Assembly (NCBI GenBank): GCA_963761335.1 | Contig: CAVXGR010000009.1 | Span: 32,001 to 96,000 of the forward strand | Length of the DNA stretch: 64,000 nt | Reading direction: 5' to 3' | Source of the DNA: an uncultured delta proteobacterium | GTDB lineage: Bacteria > Desulfobacterota > Binatia > HRBIN30 > BPIQ01 | Made by a program: the position numbers and the translations under genes | In this document: positions 9,205 to 20,610 of the stretch, piece after piece | How the letters are laid out: each line of letters opens with the position of its first letter | Position numbering within the stretch: position 1 is the stretch's first letter | Notes under the pieces: model-generated | The model's input: the letters and a program-made list of their open reading frames with translations, nothing else | Told to the model about the DNA's origin: nothing | The model's database searches: none

Positions 9205-12200
9205 ATGCACATGGATCGAGCGCACGTGGAGGCGACGGTGCGAGCGGATGGTCTGGGGCATTTCCCACCGCACGCAGGATTCCGGCTCGAAGTTGGCCGC
9301 CGCCGCGTACCTCCGCTGGCGACCCTCCTCATCCTCGTCTCGGTGCTCGGCTTCGCGCCGTCGTTTGCCGATGCGGCGGCGGTGCACTTCGATAACGACT
9401 GCGGCACCAAGAGCTGGTTTGGCAGCTGCTTCGGCGGCACCAAGACGAACTGGGACAACGACGGCATGCCCGGCGCGGGCGACGACGTGACCATCGACTT
9501 CGGAACGGGTCCGGTCAGCGCCGGAGCCGGCGGCGGAACGTTCCTCAGTGTCAAGAGCTTGCACGCGCTGGGGGGCTGAAGCTCGGCAGCGTCGATCTTG
9601 TCCTGCTGTTGGATCCGTCCGACGTCACCGGGCTCGATTGGGGAGATGCCCTCATCACCAGCTCCGCGACCGGCTCCGTACCGGCGCTGACGATCAGGGG
9701 AGACAGCACCTGGCGCAACAACGGAGGCCTGCAGGGCGTCACCGCCGCGTCGACTCTCTTCCGCAACGAAGGAACGCTTGACGGCACAGGCGTCGGCAGC
9801 ATCGAGAGCGCGCGCCTCGAGAATGCCGGCGACTTCGTGCAGCAGGGATCGGAGCTGGAGCCCCATCCGACGGTTGACATTCAGAACGCGATGAACTGGA
9901 CCCTCAACAACTCGACCATCCAGAAATTTGAAATGGGGACCCCGATACGGCGAGATTGGACAACGCCGGCGTGTTGCGCAACGCCAGCGGCTCGAGCACG
10001 ATCTCCGTCGTCTTCGCCTCCGACCCCCGGGAACGATCGACGTCGCCGGCGGCACGCTGAGCTTCAAAGGCCAGACGTTCTTCGGCACGCCCATCTCGAT
10101 CGCCAGAGGGGCGAAGCTCCTATCGGAGGCGCCGGCGAGCGCGGAGCAGACCTTTCTCGGGGCGGTGGCCCTCAGCGGCGAAGGGCAGCTGGAGTTGAAG
10201 GGCGCGGCGGGTTTCCGCCATCGAATCGGCAAAACACTCACGAACGGGCTCAGTGGGGCGGGCAGCTTGCTCCTGCACGAGGTCGACATGGAGATCGATC
10301 CGAGGTATGCTGATCAATCCCGGCCTGCTCCTCTGGGGGGCGGTCGATCCCAGTCGGCCTTCCGGCGCGGTCCAGGGCGACGGGAGCATCGTGAATCTCT
10401 CCGGCGCGCAGCTGAAAATCGACACCGGCCCCGCGACGCTCGGTGTCGCTTTCGACAACAGGGCACGGTCGCGCAGAACGCTTCTGGCGGTCGACTCCGG
10501 GGTATGTCACGAACGAAGGCCAGTGGACGCTGAACGGCGCGGTCTCGTCCGACGAGGCCGGCCTCTCCGGCAAGTTTCGCAATATCGCGGACGTCACTGC
10601 CACCGGGACTTCGACGATCGCGCTGCCCTTCGACGAAGAGAACATGGGCAAGCTCGTCGTTCCGGAAAAGGCGATCCTGATTCTGCGAGGCGGCGGGACA
10701 TGGGCGAGGAGAACCCACTGCAGGTCCTGGGAACCGCCTATCTCGATGGCTCGGTGGGGGGCCTGCCAAAGGAATATCGCGTCGAGGGAAACGCCAAGTT
10801 CTGCGGATCTACGTGAGCCGCATTCCCCTTCCTGGGTTGATCGGGATTCGGAGCAAGGCGACGCTGCGCGTCGACGACTCGCTCGACAACGATGTGCCGG
10901 TGGCGCTGACGGGCGGCACGATCAGCGGGCCCGGGCAGCTCACTCAGCGCAACGTAAAGCTGGAAGCGGTGTCTGGGCGGCTCGGAGTGTCCGGCGCCGG
11001 TCTCAAGCTGCTGATCGCCCCGGGTGAGGTCGAGATCGGCGGGAGCATTCCCCTCAACGGGTCCCTTCTGAACGACGGCGTAGTGGACTTTCTCGCCGGC
11101 GCCAGTCTTACCCTCGAAGACAACTCCCTGGTCGACAACGGAACTTCCTGAGCCTGGCCGGGGGTAATACCATCGACGGCGTCGGCATGATGGGAAACTC
11201 GATAGTTGTTCCACGGCACGCTATGGAGGGGGTGGTGAAAGTGTGATTCGGGTGCCCTTCGACAACCCAGGCCTCGTCGAGGTGCTGAGCGGCACCCTCG
11301 ATCTCGCCGGTGGCGTCAATCAAGTCGAGGGCAACGTCCTCACGGGCGGCGGGTGGACCATCTATACCGGTGCGACACTGAAGCTCGTCAACGCCGTAAT
11401 CGACACGCTCGGTCCGGAAGCAGACGTCACCCTGGGTGCCAACGACGTGGACGGGTCGGCGTTCCAGCACCTGCGCCGCATCGAGGGGAAGGTCACGGTT
11501 CTGGAGGCGCTGGAGGCCCCCGACTTCTCGATCGCGCCGGGCGGGTGGGCCCTGACCAAGCACCTGCAGGACGGCAAGAGCCGGCCGCGGCAGGCGGTGC
11601 CGATGGCGCAGGGAGCACGCATCGCCCGGGCGACGAGCCCGGTCCCCGTCGACGCCGGAGATCAACTTCGAGCTCAGCGGCGGACAGTTCCTGAACGAAG
11701 GATGGGTCATGCCCGGCGATGCCGGCGACTTCGCCTCCTTCGGCATCGACGGCGACTACACCCAGACCGGGACGGGCAGCCTCCTCCTCGACGTCGGCGC
11801 CGACCTGCACGATCAGCTTTACGTGACGGGGAACGCGACGCTCGCCGGCAACCTGGAGGTCACGCTCCTCGGCGGCTACGTCCCGCAGCCGGGAGACACC
11901 ATCGTCGCCGTCACCGCCGGATCTCTGAGCGGCAAGTTCGACAACGCGGTGGACCGACTCTTCGTCAACGGCGGCGCCTTCGACGTGACCTACACGGGCA
12001 CCAGCGTCGTGCTCTCCGGCTTCGATGCGAGCGCCGTCAGTCCGACGCCCAGCCCGACGGCGCCGGGAGGCGGCACGACAACGCCGACGTGGACTCCGAA
12101 TTCGAGCGCCAGCCCGACGCCGACGCCGAACGCGACGCAGCCCGCCGGCACGCCCTCGCCGCCGACACCGACGCCGACGCCGCGGCCGGCGGACGTCAAC

Positions 12201-12347
12201 CTCGACGGCACCGTCGACGGCGACGACCTCGATCTGCTCATCACCCGCATCTTCGACGGTGCCGACCCGGGAGCAGCCGACGTCAACGGCGACGGCGGAG
12301 CCTCGGCGGCGGACATCCCGGCGTGGTTCTCGAAGGCGCAGGAGTAG
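9205..12347 (+). pseudogene. Large secreted beta-helix/adhesin-like protein with PT-rich linker and dockerin-like C-terminus; many frameshifts (pseudogene or sequencing error)
   Basis: Signal-like LLILVSVLGFAPSFADA; TNWDNDGMPGAGDDVTID; G/N/T-rich fragments in successive frames; GDYTQTGTGSL...GNATLAGNLEV; PTPTP linker; DVNLDGTVDGDDL...DVNGDGGASAADI. Confidence 0.7.
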
Positions 12348-12462
12348 CTCCGGAAGGCGCCGAAAGTCGATGCGCACCTCGCCGTCCGGCGCCGGTTTCG
12401 CCCTGGGTTCAGCCGAATCGGTTCTTGCCAACATCACGGCGCGACCTTAGAGTGCGTCATCC

Positions 12463-13029
12463 ATGCCGGCGATCATCGGGATTTCGGGGGCGCTGCGACG
12501 CGCCTCGTACAATGCGGCGCTGCTGGGCGCTGCCGTCGAGCTGGCCCCCAAAGACCTTGCAATCGAAGTCGCCTCGATCCGGGGAGTGCCATTGTACGAC
12601 GGTGATCTGGAGGCGGAGCACGGCATCCCCGATGCGGTAGGTGCGCTGAAGGACCGCATCGCCGCCGCCGACGGGCTGTTGCTCGTCACCCCCGAGTACA
12701 ACAACTCCATTCCCGGGGTATTCAAGAACGCCATCGATTGGCTCTCGCGCCCCGCGCAGGACATCGCGCGCGTCTTCGGCGGCAAGCCCGTGGCTCTCAT
12801 GGGCGCGACCCCCGGGCCGGGCGGAACGGCGCTCGCCCACGCGGCGTGGCTGCCGGTGCTGCGCACGCTCGGCACCCAGACCTGGTTCGGCCCGCGCTTG
12901 TACGTGTCGAATGCGGCAAAGGTATTCGATGCGGACGGTCGCCTCGCCGACGAGAAGATTCGCACTTCGGTTGCCAAGTATCTCGCCGGGTTCTCCGAGT
13001 TCATCGGGCGCGTCGGCGGCCACACCTGA
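12463..13029 (+). CDS. NADPH-dependent FMN reductase (ChrR/SsuE-like flavoprotein)
   Basis: GISGALRRASYN, VTPEYNNSIPGVFKNAIDWLSRP. Confidence 0.92.
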   Translation: MPAIIGISGALRRASYNAALLGAAVELAPKDLAIEVASIRGVPLYDGDLEAEHGIPDAVGALKDRIAAADGLLLVTPEYNNSIPGVFKNAIDWLSRPAQDIARVFGGKPVALMGATPGPGGTALAHAAWLPVLRTLGTQTWFGPRLYVSNAAKVFDADGRLADEKIRTSVAKYLAGFSEFIGRVGGHT

Positions 13030-13213
13030 TTCCGCCGGCGCCGGCACGCCAAACGGTACGGCCATCTGCGACATCGGCGCCTACGAGGCCGAGTTCGCCT
13101 CCGCCGCTCCGGCGCTTCGCACTCCCGGCCTGGCACTCCTCGTCCTGCTCCTGGCCGGCAGCGCACTCGTGTTCATGCGGCGACCTCGCACCGTATCCGT
13201 CTTGCGGGAGTGA
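13030..13213 (+). pseudogene. 3' remnant of a surface protein (CDIGAYE motif plus IPTL-CTERM-like anchor)
   Basis: Frame reads NGTAICDIGAYEAEFASAAPALRTPGLALLVLLLAGSALVFMRRPR with no credible 5' part. Confidence 0.6.
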
Positions 13214-13223
13214 GCGCCTTCAC

Positions 13224-14397
13224 CTACAGCGCGCGGCCGATGATGCTCGCGGAGGCGCGCACTGCGGCGGTGAACGCGAAGAAGAGACCGAAGTCGCGGG
13301 CTGCCGGCAGACTGGTAACGAACAGGCCGGGAACGGTCGTCTGCAGGGAGTCGTCGAGCACGGGGAAGCCGTCGCGGCACTGGACTCGATCGAGCAGATT
13401 CCCAGCCGCCAGCAGCGGCACGCTCGGAAAATTGACCTTGTACCCGGTTGCATAGAGCACGTGATCGACGTCGACCTCCCCGCCGTCGTCGAGGTGGACC
13501 CGCAACGCGTCTCCTCTTCGCTCGCATCCTGCGATACGTGTTCCGGGACGGATGGTGATTGCCTGGTGACGGACCCGCGGTCCCAGCCAAGGCTCCAGCT
13601 TCAGGCGTCCCTCCGCCCAGAAGCGCGCGTTCAACGACTCGCGCTCGGCCTCCGGCAAGGCGCGATACCAGCCGGGCTCGCCGGCGATGCGGCGAAGCAG
13701 CGGCGCCACCCACGACCAGTCCGAGGCGGCAAAAGCGGGCGTGGCGTGCCGATGGCACACGTGGACGGCCTCTGCCCCGGCCTCCGCGATCAGCGCCGCG
13801 AGCTCAAAGGCGCTCTGCCGTCCTCCGACAATGAGAAGGCGCTGCCCGGCGAAGCGGGCGGGAGCGACACAGTCGCAGCTGTGCGAGCTGTAGCCGGCCG
13901 GCACCAGTCGCCGCCAGCTCCTCGGGAGTGTGGGCGAACGGAGCGAAGCCCAAGGCGAGCAGGACGCGGTCTGCCGCCAGCACGGTGGCGTCGTCGAGCG
14001 TCGCCCGAAAACGACCGTCGCTGCGGTCGAGCCGCGTCACCCGCTGCGGCCGCATCCGGATGCCCTTCACCTGCTGGAACCACTCCGCGTACTCCATGTA
14101 GAGGTCGAGGGAGAGTGGCTCGGCGGCGGCAGGCGTGGCGCCGCGGGTTTCGAGAAAGCGCTCCAGGGTGTCGCGCTCGGCCGGGTCCAGATGCCAGTCG
14201 CAGCCGGAGCGGAGCAGCATTCCGGCCGGCATGTGGTTCTTCCAGAAGGACATCGGCTGCCCGATCACGACGTGCTCGACGCCAAGCTGCCGCGCATGGG
14301 CGGCCATGGCGAGGCCGAACGGTCCTGCACCGATGATGAGAAGATCGGTGTGCTCGCTGAGTCGGCTGGATCCATGCCTCTGATTCGTGCTCGGCAT
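13224..14397 (-). CDS. FAD/NAD(P)-binding oxidoreductase (flavin monooxygenase-like); frameshift near 13905
   Basis: IIGAGPFGL in the 5' ORF; IVGGRQSAFE and VLYATGY in the 3' ORF. Confidence 0.8.
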
Positions 14398-14443
14398 TGC
14401 GTGTCACCTCATCGCGCCCCAGAGAGGCCGGCCGGCGATCCGA

Positions 14444-14881
14444 TCAGGCCTCGCGGACGACTTCGGCCATCCAGCTCCGAATCTGGCGACTGAACTCGGA
14501 GAAACGAGCGGGCGCCTTTGTGAGGTGCTCGGAGACCCGCTCCGGATCGATGCGCAGGTAGCCGTGAACGAGGACGTTCCGAAAGCCGCCCAGCCCCTTC
14601 AGATCCCGGCGCAGGGCATCGTCGATCACGCCGCGCGCCGCCAGCTGAATGATGATGTCCTCGTAGTCCTTGGCCGTCACTCCGAAGTGCGCGCTCAGGA
14701 TATGGTTGCCGATGTCGAGGATCGTCTCCGCCCCAAGCTGCAGCCCGCGTTCCGCCATCCACGCCTCGCGGAAGTTGCTGCGCAGTGTGCTGGCATTCAA
14801 TTGTCCCGCCGACTCCAGATTCGAGACCACCTCCTCCAGCTTCAGGAGGCGCTCGCGCACGGCATCAGGACGCAGAACCAC
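14444..14881 (-). CDS. HEPN (DUF86/HepT-like) RNase toxin
   Basis: FRNVLVHGY fits RX4HXY; ERGLQLGAE; overlaps the upstream MNT gene. Confidence 0.88.
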   Translation of the reverse strand: MVLRPDAVRERLLKLEEVVSNLESAGQLNASTLRSNFREAWMAERGLQLGAETILDIGNHILSAHFGVTAKDYEDIIIQLAARGVIDDALRRDLKGLGGFRNVLVHGYLRIDPERVSEHLTKAPARFSEFSRQIRSWMAEVVREA

Positions 14882-15313
14882 GGCAGCGATCCTCGATGCG
14901 TTGCCCGGTCAGCCGCCACTGCTCCTCGAGAAACGGCTTGAAGTCCCAGTAGCGCGCCCGCGCCCGGATGATGAACTCCGTCTCCACGTCGGGCGAGCGC
15001 GCGTACAGGCAGCGGCCGGTGTCGGCAACTTCATGCGCCAGAACGATAGAGGCGCCGTTCAGCGACACCAGATCGACCGGCATTCCGCCGGCGGCATCGA
15101 CGGCATCGGCGCGAAGTCGCATCAGCTCATCGAACGACAGAGCCGGCTCGCTCAGTACCGCCAGATCGATGTTCCCAACCTGGGAACGCTCCTCATCGGC
15201 GGTCGAGCCGAACAGTAGACGAGCTGAACATGGGAGTCGGAAGCGAGCCGAGCGGCGGCAAGCTGTGCCGCTTCCCGAGCCTCCCTGCCGCTGAGTCGAT
15301 GTGGACTGACCAT
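14865..15313 (-). CDS. Minimal nucleotidyltransferase (MntA-like) antitoxin; 1-nt frameshift near 15215
   Basis: Reconstructed VQLVY/LFGSTADEERSQVGNIDLAVL, VDLVSLNGAS, YWDFKPF. Confidence 0.8.
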
Positions 15314-15474
15314 CCGCTTCTCACCTATCACAGGTCCAACGCGGCGGCGAAGCCGGAGCTGAACTCCGACGGGCGCGTCCGCCGGCCGATCAACGCCAGT
15401 GTTGGGTGCTCTCTGGCTTGCGCCCTCCTATCGGCGCTGCCCAGACGCCAGCAACTTGACGACTTGACCGCCCG

Positions 15475-16896
15475 TCACCTCAAGTCGAAGTCGGTGATCC
15501 CCGCCGTTCCCGGCACCGACGCGGGAGCCGTGCCCGTGCTGCTGGTGATGGTGATGCCCAGGAAGTTGGCGTAGGCGATCGACTGCCCGTCATGGCTCCA
15601 GCACGGTGCGCTGGGGCCAAAGGCATCGGCGATCAGCCGCCTCTCGCCGGAGCCGTCGGGGTTGATCGCCATGATGCCGCCCTGCAGGGTGTTGTCGCGC
15701 GCAAAGATGATCGTGCCGCCGTCCGGGCTCCAGTCGGGATGGCGATCGGGGACGGTGTTGTTGGTGAGCCGCATCCGGTTCGAGCCGTCGGCGTTCATGA
15801 CGAAGATCTCGCGCTGGCTGCTGCTGTCGGGCTCCGCCTCATAGGCGATGCGGCCGCCGTCGGGGCTCCAGCTCAGGTGTCCGAACTGCTCGCCGTCCGT
15901 GCGCGTCACCAGGCGCTGGCGGCCGGAGCCATCGGCGTTCATCACGTCGATGGCGTCGCCCCCGCCGGCGGTGAGCACGATCCGACTGCCGTCGGGGCTC
16001 CACGCCGGATCGCCGTCGATGAAGGCGCTGTCCTCGGCGATGCGGTGAAAGTCGCTGCCGTCGGCGTTGATGATACCGATGGTGATGTGGTTATTCTGGG
16101 CATCCGGGGTCGAGAAGGCGATCTTGCTGCCGTCCGGGCTCCACGCCGGGCTGGTGACGAGGCCGATCGCCGGCTGGTGGATGCGCGTCTTTCCCGAGCC
16201 GTCCACGGCGATCGTGTAGATCCCCGGGTCCAGCAGAGGTCCGGCGTAAACGATGCGCGCAGCGCCCCCCGGATTGCCGGCTGGCGTCGGCAGAGGAGTC
16301 GGTCCGGCGCCGCGCAAGAGGATCGACGGGTAGCTCTGACCGTCGAGCACCAACGTCAAGTCCGAGCCCCCCGACGAGGTCGGCACCGTGCCACTCAGAT
16401 CGAAGGGAACGGCGCCGGTAGGGCCGGCGAAGGTTCCGGAGAAATGAAACGTCCCGTTCGCCGGATCCACGGATCCGGAGAGAGTCACCAACCCGGCGCT
16501 CACCGAGATGGCCTGAACGACCAGCGCCCGGCTGAAGCGGCGAGCCGCCGCGGAAGTCTCGACGATCTCGAGAGTGCCGGTGGCCTGGCCGTCGCTCTGA
16601 ACGGCGAGGTTCACGTGCGCCTCTTGTCCGCCGCTGAGCGGCACGGTGGACGAGTAGTCGCCGGCGATGTCCGACACTGCATCCGTCGGTGTCGGGGTCG
16701 GGCTTGCACCGCTTGGCGGCAACGTGGCGGTGGGCTGAACGGAGGCCGTCTTCGCCGGCGAGCTCGTCGGCCCCGGGGTCCCGGGCGCACGATCGTCGTC
16801 GTCACCGCAGCCGCTCAGCACGGCCAGCAACGCCGCCGCCAGAACCATCAAACGAACCGACCCCAGCTCGACTCCTCTGCAACGGATCATCGCCAT
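15475..16896 (-). CDS. Lipoprotein with TolB-like/PD40 beta-propeller
   Basis: Lipobox VLSGC; repeated PAWSPDGSKIAF / WSPDG motifs; AAGGAGG RBS. Confidence 0.88.
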   Translation of the reverse strand: MAMIRCRGVELGSVRLMVLAAALLAVLSGCGDDDDRAPGTPGPTSSPAKTASVQPTATLPPSGASPTPTPTDAVSDIAGDYSSTVPLSGGQEAHVNLAVQSDGQATGTLEIVETSAAARRFSRALVVQAISVSAGLVTLSGSVDPANGTFHFSGTFAGPTGAVPFDLSGTVPTSSGGSDLTLVLDGQSYPSILLRGAGPTPLPTPAGNPGGAARIVYAGPLLDPGIYTIAVDGSGKTRIHQPAIGLVTSPAWSPDGSKIAFSTPDAQNNHITIGIINADGSDFHRIAEDSAFIDGDPAWSPDGSRIVLTAGGGDAIDVMNADGSGRQRLVTRTDGEQFGHLSWSPDGGRIAYEAEPDSSSQREIFVMNADGSNRMRLTNNTVPDRHPDWSPDGGTIIFARDNTLQGGIMAINPDGSGERRLIADAFGPSAPCWSHDGQSIAYANFLGITITSSTGTAPASVPGTAGITDFDLR

Positions 16897-17047
16897 CTCC
16901 TCCTTGTCGATTGGAGGGTGAGCCCTCCCATGCACCGGTGGCGTTCAAAGTCGTCGGCGGCCGTTCATTCTGGAATGAACGGTGGTTTGACCAGCGGTTG
17001 CGAGCCATCTAAGAGCTTCGGCCTGGCTGAGATATGTGCCCGGAAAG

Positions 17048-20000
17048 ATGACCGGAAGCCGACCTGAGGTGGCGAGCGGACGCCCGCTGGTGGGTCGGGA
17101 ACGCGAGTGGTCGGAGCTCTCGGAAGCTCCCGCCGCAGCTCGGTCCGGACACGGCTGCCTTTTTCTGCTGCGCGGGCAGGCGGGCATCGGCAAGAAGCGG
17201 CTCGCCGAGCAGCTCGGCCGCGAGGCCGAAGATCAGGGACAGAGGGTCCACTGGGGACGTTGCGTGGAAGGCGCCGCGACTCCGGCGTTCTGGCCGTGGG
17301 TGGAGGTGATCCGCTCGATCGCCGCAAGTGGCGACCCGCCACTCTCGCCCAGGCGTCGGAAGCGGAGCTCTCCAGCCTCGCCCGGCTCGCCCCGGATCTC
17401 GTCGGGACCGGCGTCGCCGGCGCGCGGCAGCCGCGCCGATCCCTCCTCGGCTCTGCCCTCGTTCGACGCCGAGATCGAGCGCTTCCAGCTCTTCGACGGC
17501 GTTGCCAGCTTTCTGCGGCGGCTCGCGAGCCGAGCGCCGTACGGCATCGTTCTCGACGACCTGCACGCCGCCGACCTTCCGTCGCTGTCATTGCTGGCCT
17601 TCATGGCGCGGCAACTGAACACGGCGCCGATCTGGGTGGTGGGGACGTACCGAGAGGTCGAAGCTCGAGCCGACCCCGGGCGACGCGAGCTGTTGTCGGT
17701 GATTGCCCGTCTCGGCCGCTCGCTGACGCTCTCCGGTCTGTCGGAGCCCGAGGTCGGGCGCCTCATCGAGCAGGTGATCGGCACCGCGCCGAGCCGGCAG
17801 CTGGTCGCCCGCATCCGCGATCTCAGCGACGGCAACCCCTTCTTCGTCGACGAGCTGGCGCGCCTCTTCGGCTCGCGACCGGAAGGCGCCCTCCGCGAGC
17901 GTGCGGCGGGACACCTGACGATCGGCGTCGGCATCCACGAGGTCTGCGCCAGCACCTGCGCGGTGTCAGTGAGGAATGCCTGCAGGTGCTGCGGGTGGCG
18001 GCGGCGATCGGGCAGGAGGTAAGCTTCGCGCTCTGGCGCGAAGCCTGCGGCCTCGGGCCCACGCGTCTGCTCGACCTCATCGATGAGGCAGTCGACGTCC
18101 AGGTCCTCGAGGCGAGGCCGGCGCGCCGCTTTCGCTTTGCCCACGCGCTCATCCGCGAGGCGCTGTACGACGATCTTCTCGCCTCGGAGCGGGTCGAGCT
18201 GCACCGGCGGGTCGGCGAGGCAATCGAACGTCTCTTCCCGGCGAGCCTCGATGAGCATCTGCCCGAGCTCGCCTACCATTTCGCCCGCTTCGCGCCCGGC
18301 GGCGATGCCGAGAAGGCGCTCGACTACGCCAGCCGCGCGGCGCGGCGGGCCTCGTCTCTATTGGCCTATGAGGACGCCGCGCAGCTGTACGAGCTGGCGC
18401 TCGACATCTTGCCCCTGGTGCCCGATGGGCTTGCACGCCAGCGGCAAGTGGAGATTCTCCTCGCCCTGGGCGACGCCTATGTCCGCGCCGGCGACACGCC
18501 GAAGGCGCGGGCGGCGTTCGAAGGCGCCGCCAACGCCGCCCGCGCGCGCCGCGATGCCGCGAACCTGGCGCGCGCCGCGCTCGGCTGCGGCGGCCTCGGC
18601 CTCGGCGTTCCGCCGGGAACCGTCGACGGCGCCCTCGTCGCGCTGATCGAGGAGGCCATCGCCTACGACGCGCATTCCTACCCGACGTCCACGCGCGCGC
18701 GACTTCTCGCGCGGCTGGCGCTCGAGCTCTACTTCTCGGACGCCACGGCGCGGCGGCATGAGCTGATGAGCGAGGCCTGGGCTCTCGCCGGAAACGCCGA
18801 CGCCGACACACTGGCATATGTGACCCATGCCCGGCTCGTCGGCCTGTGGGACCTCACCCCGCCGGCGGAGCGCATGGAGTGGAGCAATGAGCTGATCGCC
18901 CTTGCCGAGCGGACCGGCGATCAGGATCTCGGCCTGCGGGCCCACAGCTATCGATTGCTCGAAATCATCGACACCGGCCTCGCCGACGCTTGGGAGCCGG
19001 AGCTCGAAACCATCACGCGGCTGGCCGAGCGACTGCGCGAGCCGCGTTTTCTCGGAATGGCGACGGGAACACGCGCCATGCGCAGCCTCTGGGTCGGACG
19101 CTTCGCCGAAGCCGAAGCCCTCGGCCAGCAGGCGCTCGAGATGGCGCCGTCAGATCCGGATATGCAGACCTCGATCACCATAGCCGCCCAAACCTTCTTC
19201 ATGCGCCGGCTGCAGGGGCGGAGCGAGGAGGTCGAGGCGTACGCCCGCGCCATCGTCGCTGCCGCGCCGGCGATACCGGGGACGCACTGCATGCTGATCC
19301 TGGCTCTCTGCGATCTCGGGCGCTTCGACGAAGCGCGCGCCGAGATGGAGCTTCTGGGCGACGGCGACTTCGATCTCCTGCGCCGGAGCAATCGCATTGC
19401 CAGCCTGGTGCCGTGGCTGGCCGAAGCCTCCGCGCTCCTCGGTGACCGGCCGCGAATGCAGTCCCTCTATCGCGATCTCTTGCCCCTGTCGGCGAGAAAC
19501 ATCTCCCTCCAGGCACGCCTCTGTTTCGGCCCCGCCGCCTTCTATCTCGGAATGATCACGGCGGGCCTCGGGCGCCTGGGCGAGGCGATCGGATATTTCG
19601 AAACCGCGCAGGCGCTGGCGGCGCGGATGGGCGGCCGGCCATTGGCGGCGATGATCCGCATCGAGCATGGGCGCGCGCTCCGCGCCCTGGGCGACGTCGG
19701 CGGCGCGCGCGAGCTGATCGAGGCGGCCCGCGAGACGGCGACCGCTCTCGGATTGCACGCCTTGATCGACAGGATCGCAGCCCTGGAGACAGACCGGCTT
19801 CGTACCGCCACCCTGCGCCGCGAGGGGCAGCTGTGGACGATTGCCGCAGGCGGCACGGTGCTGCGCTGCAAGAGATCCAAGGGACTCCACTACCTGTCTC
19901 ATTTGCTGCGCCACCCGGGCAGGTCGTTTCACGTTCTCGAGCTGATCGCCCTCGACGAGCCGGCAGAGCGCGCCGGTGTGGAGATCGCACGCATGAGCCG

Positions 20001-20408
20001 CGCCCAGCTCGATGAGCTTGGCATGCACGTCGGTGCGCCCCAATGCGGCGAACCGCTTGCCGATACCAAGGCGCTCGCCGCCTATCGCCGGCAGCTGGAA
20101 GATTTGAACAGCGAGCTCGCCGAGGCGACCCAGTTCAACGACCTGGAACGGCGCGCGCATATCCAGGAAGAGATCGAAGCGCTGACCGACGCTCTGGCGA
20201 GTGCCGTCGGCCTCGGCGGCCGCCTGCGGGCCAGCGGCTCGTTCGCGGAGCGGGCGCGCCTGAACGTCACCCGCGCCGTGCGCACCGCCATTCAGCGGAT
20301 CGCCGAGGGACATCCGGAGCTCGGCCGCCATCTCGACCGCGCCGTGCGCACCGGCTCGTTCTGCGGCTACGATCCGGAGCCCGGCGCGGCGTGCACTGGG
20401 AGCTGTGA
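17048..20408 (+). CDS. Large AAA+/STAND-like ATPase transcriptional regulator (MalT-like N-terminus); frameshifts near 17345, 17945 and 20385
   Basis: LVGRERE, GQAGIGKK, VLDDLHAAD, SDGNPFFV, FRFAHALIREALY; C-terminal AVGLGGRLR...ERARLNVTRA...VRTGSFC. Confidence 0.8.
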
Positions 20409-20421
20409 ACCTCGCGGGAGT

Positions 20422-20550
20422 CTCGCCCCGGAGGGGCGCAGGCATGGAGCCCCGGGTCGCAGACCCGGGGATGCGGAAGTCGACGTCGGCTGGCGCCCCG
20501 CCAGGGGCGCGGGCGCGGTCTTGACCGAGGCCTCTGCACCCGGGCTTGCA
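20422..20550. repeat. REP family A partial copy
   Basis: Reverse complement of about 8880-9009. Confidence 0.8.
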
Positions 20551-20573
20551 CCACTGCTAGATCTTTGCCGTCC

Positions 20574-20603
20574 TTGACGGCAGTGTGCTACTTGTAGCAC
20601 ATT
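20574..20603 (+). promoter_or_regulatory. Promoter and operator of the Phd/PIN toxin-antitoxin pair
   Basis: TTGACG at 20574-20579 followed by the perfect palindrome TGTGCTAC-TT-GTAGCACA at 20584-20601. Confidence 0.65.
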
Positions 20604-20610
20604 GCTGTCA

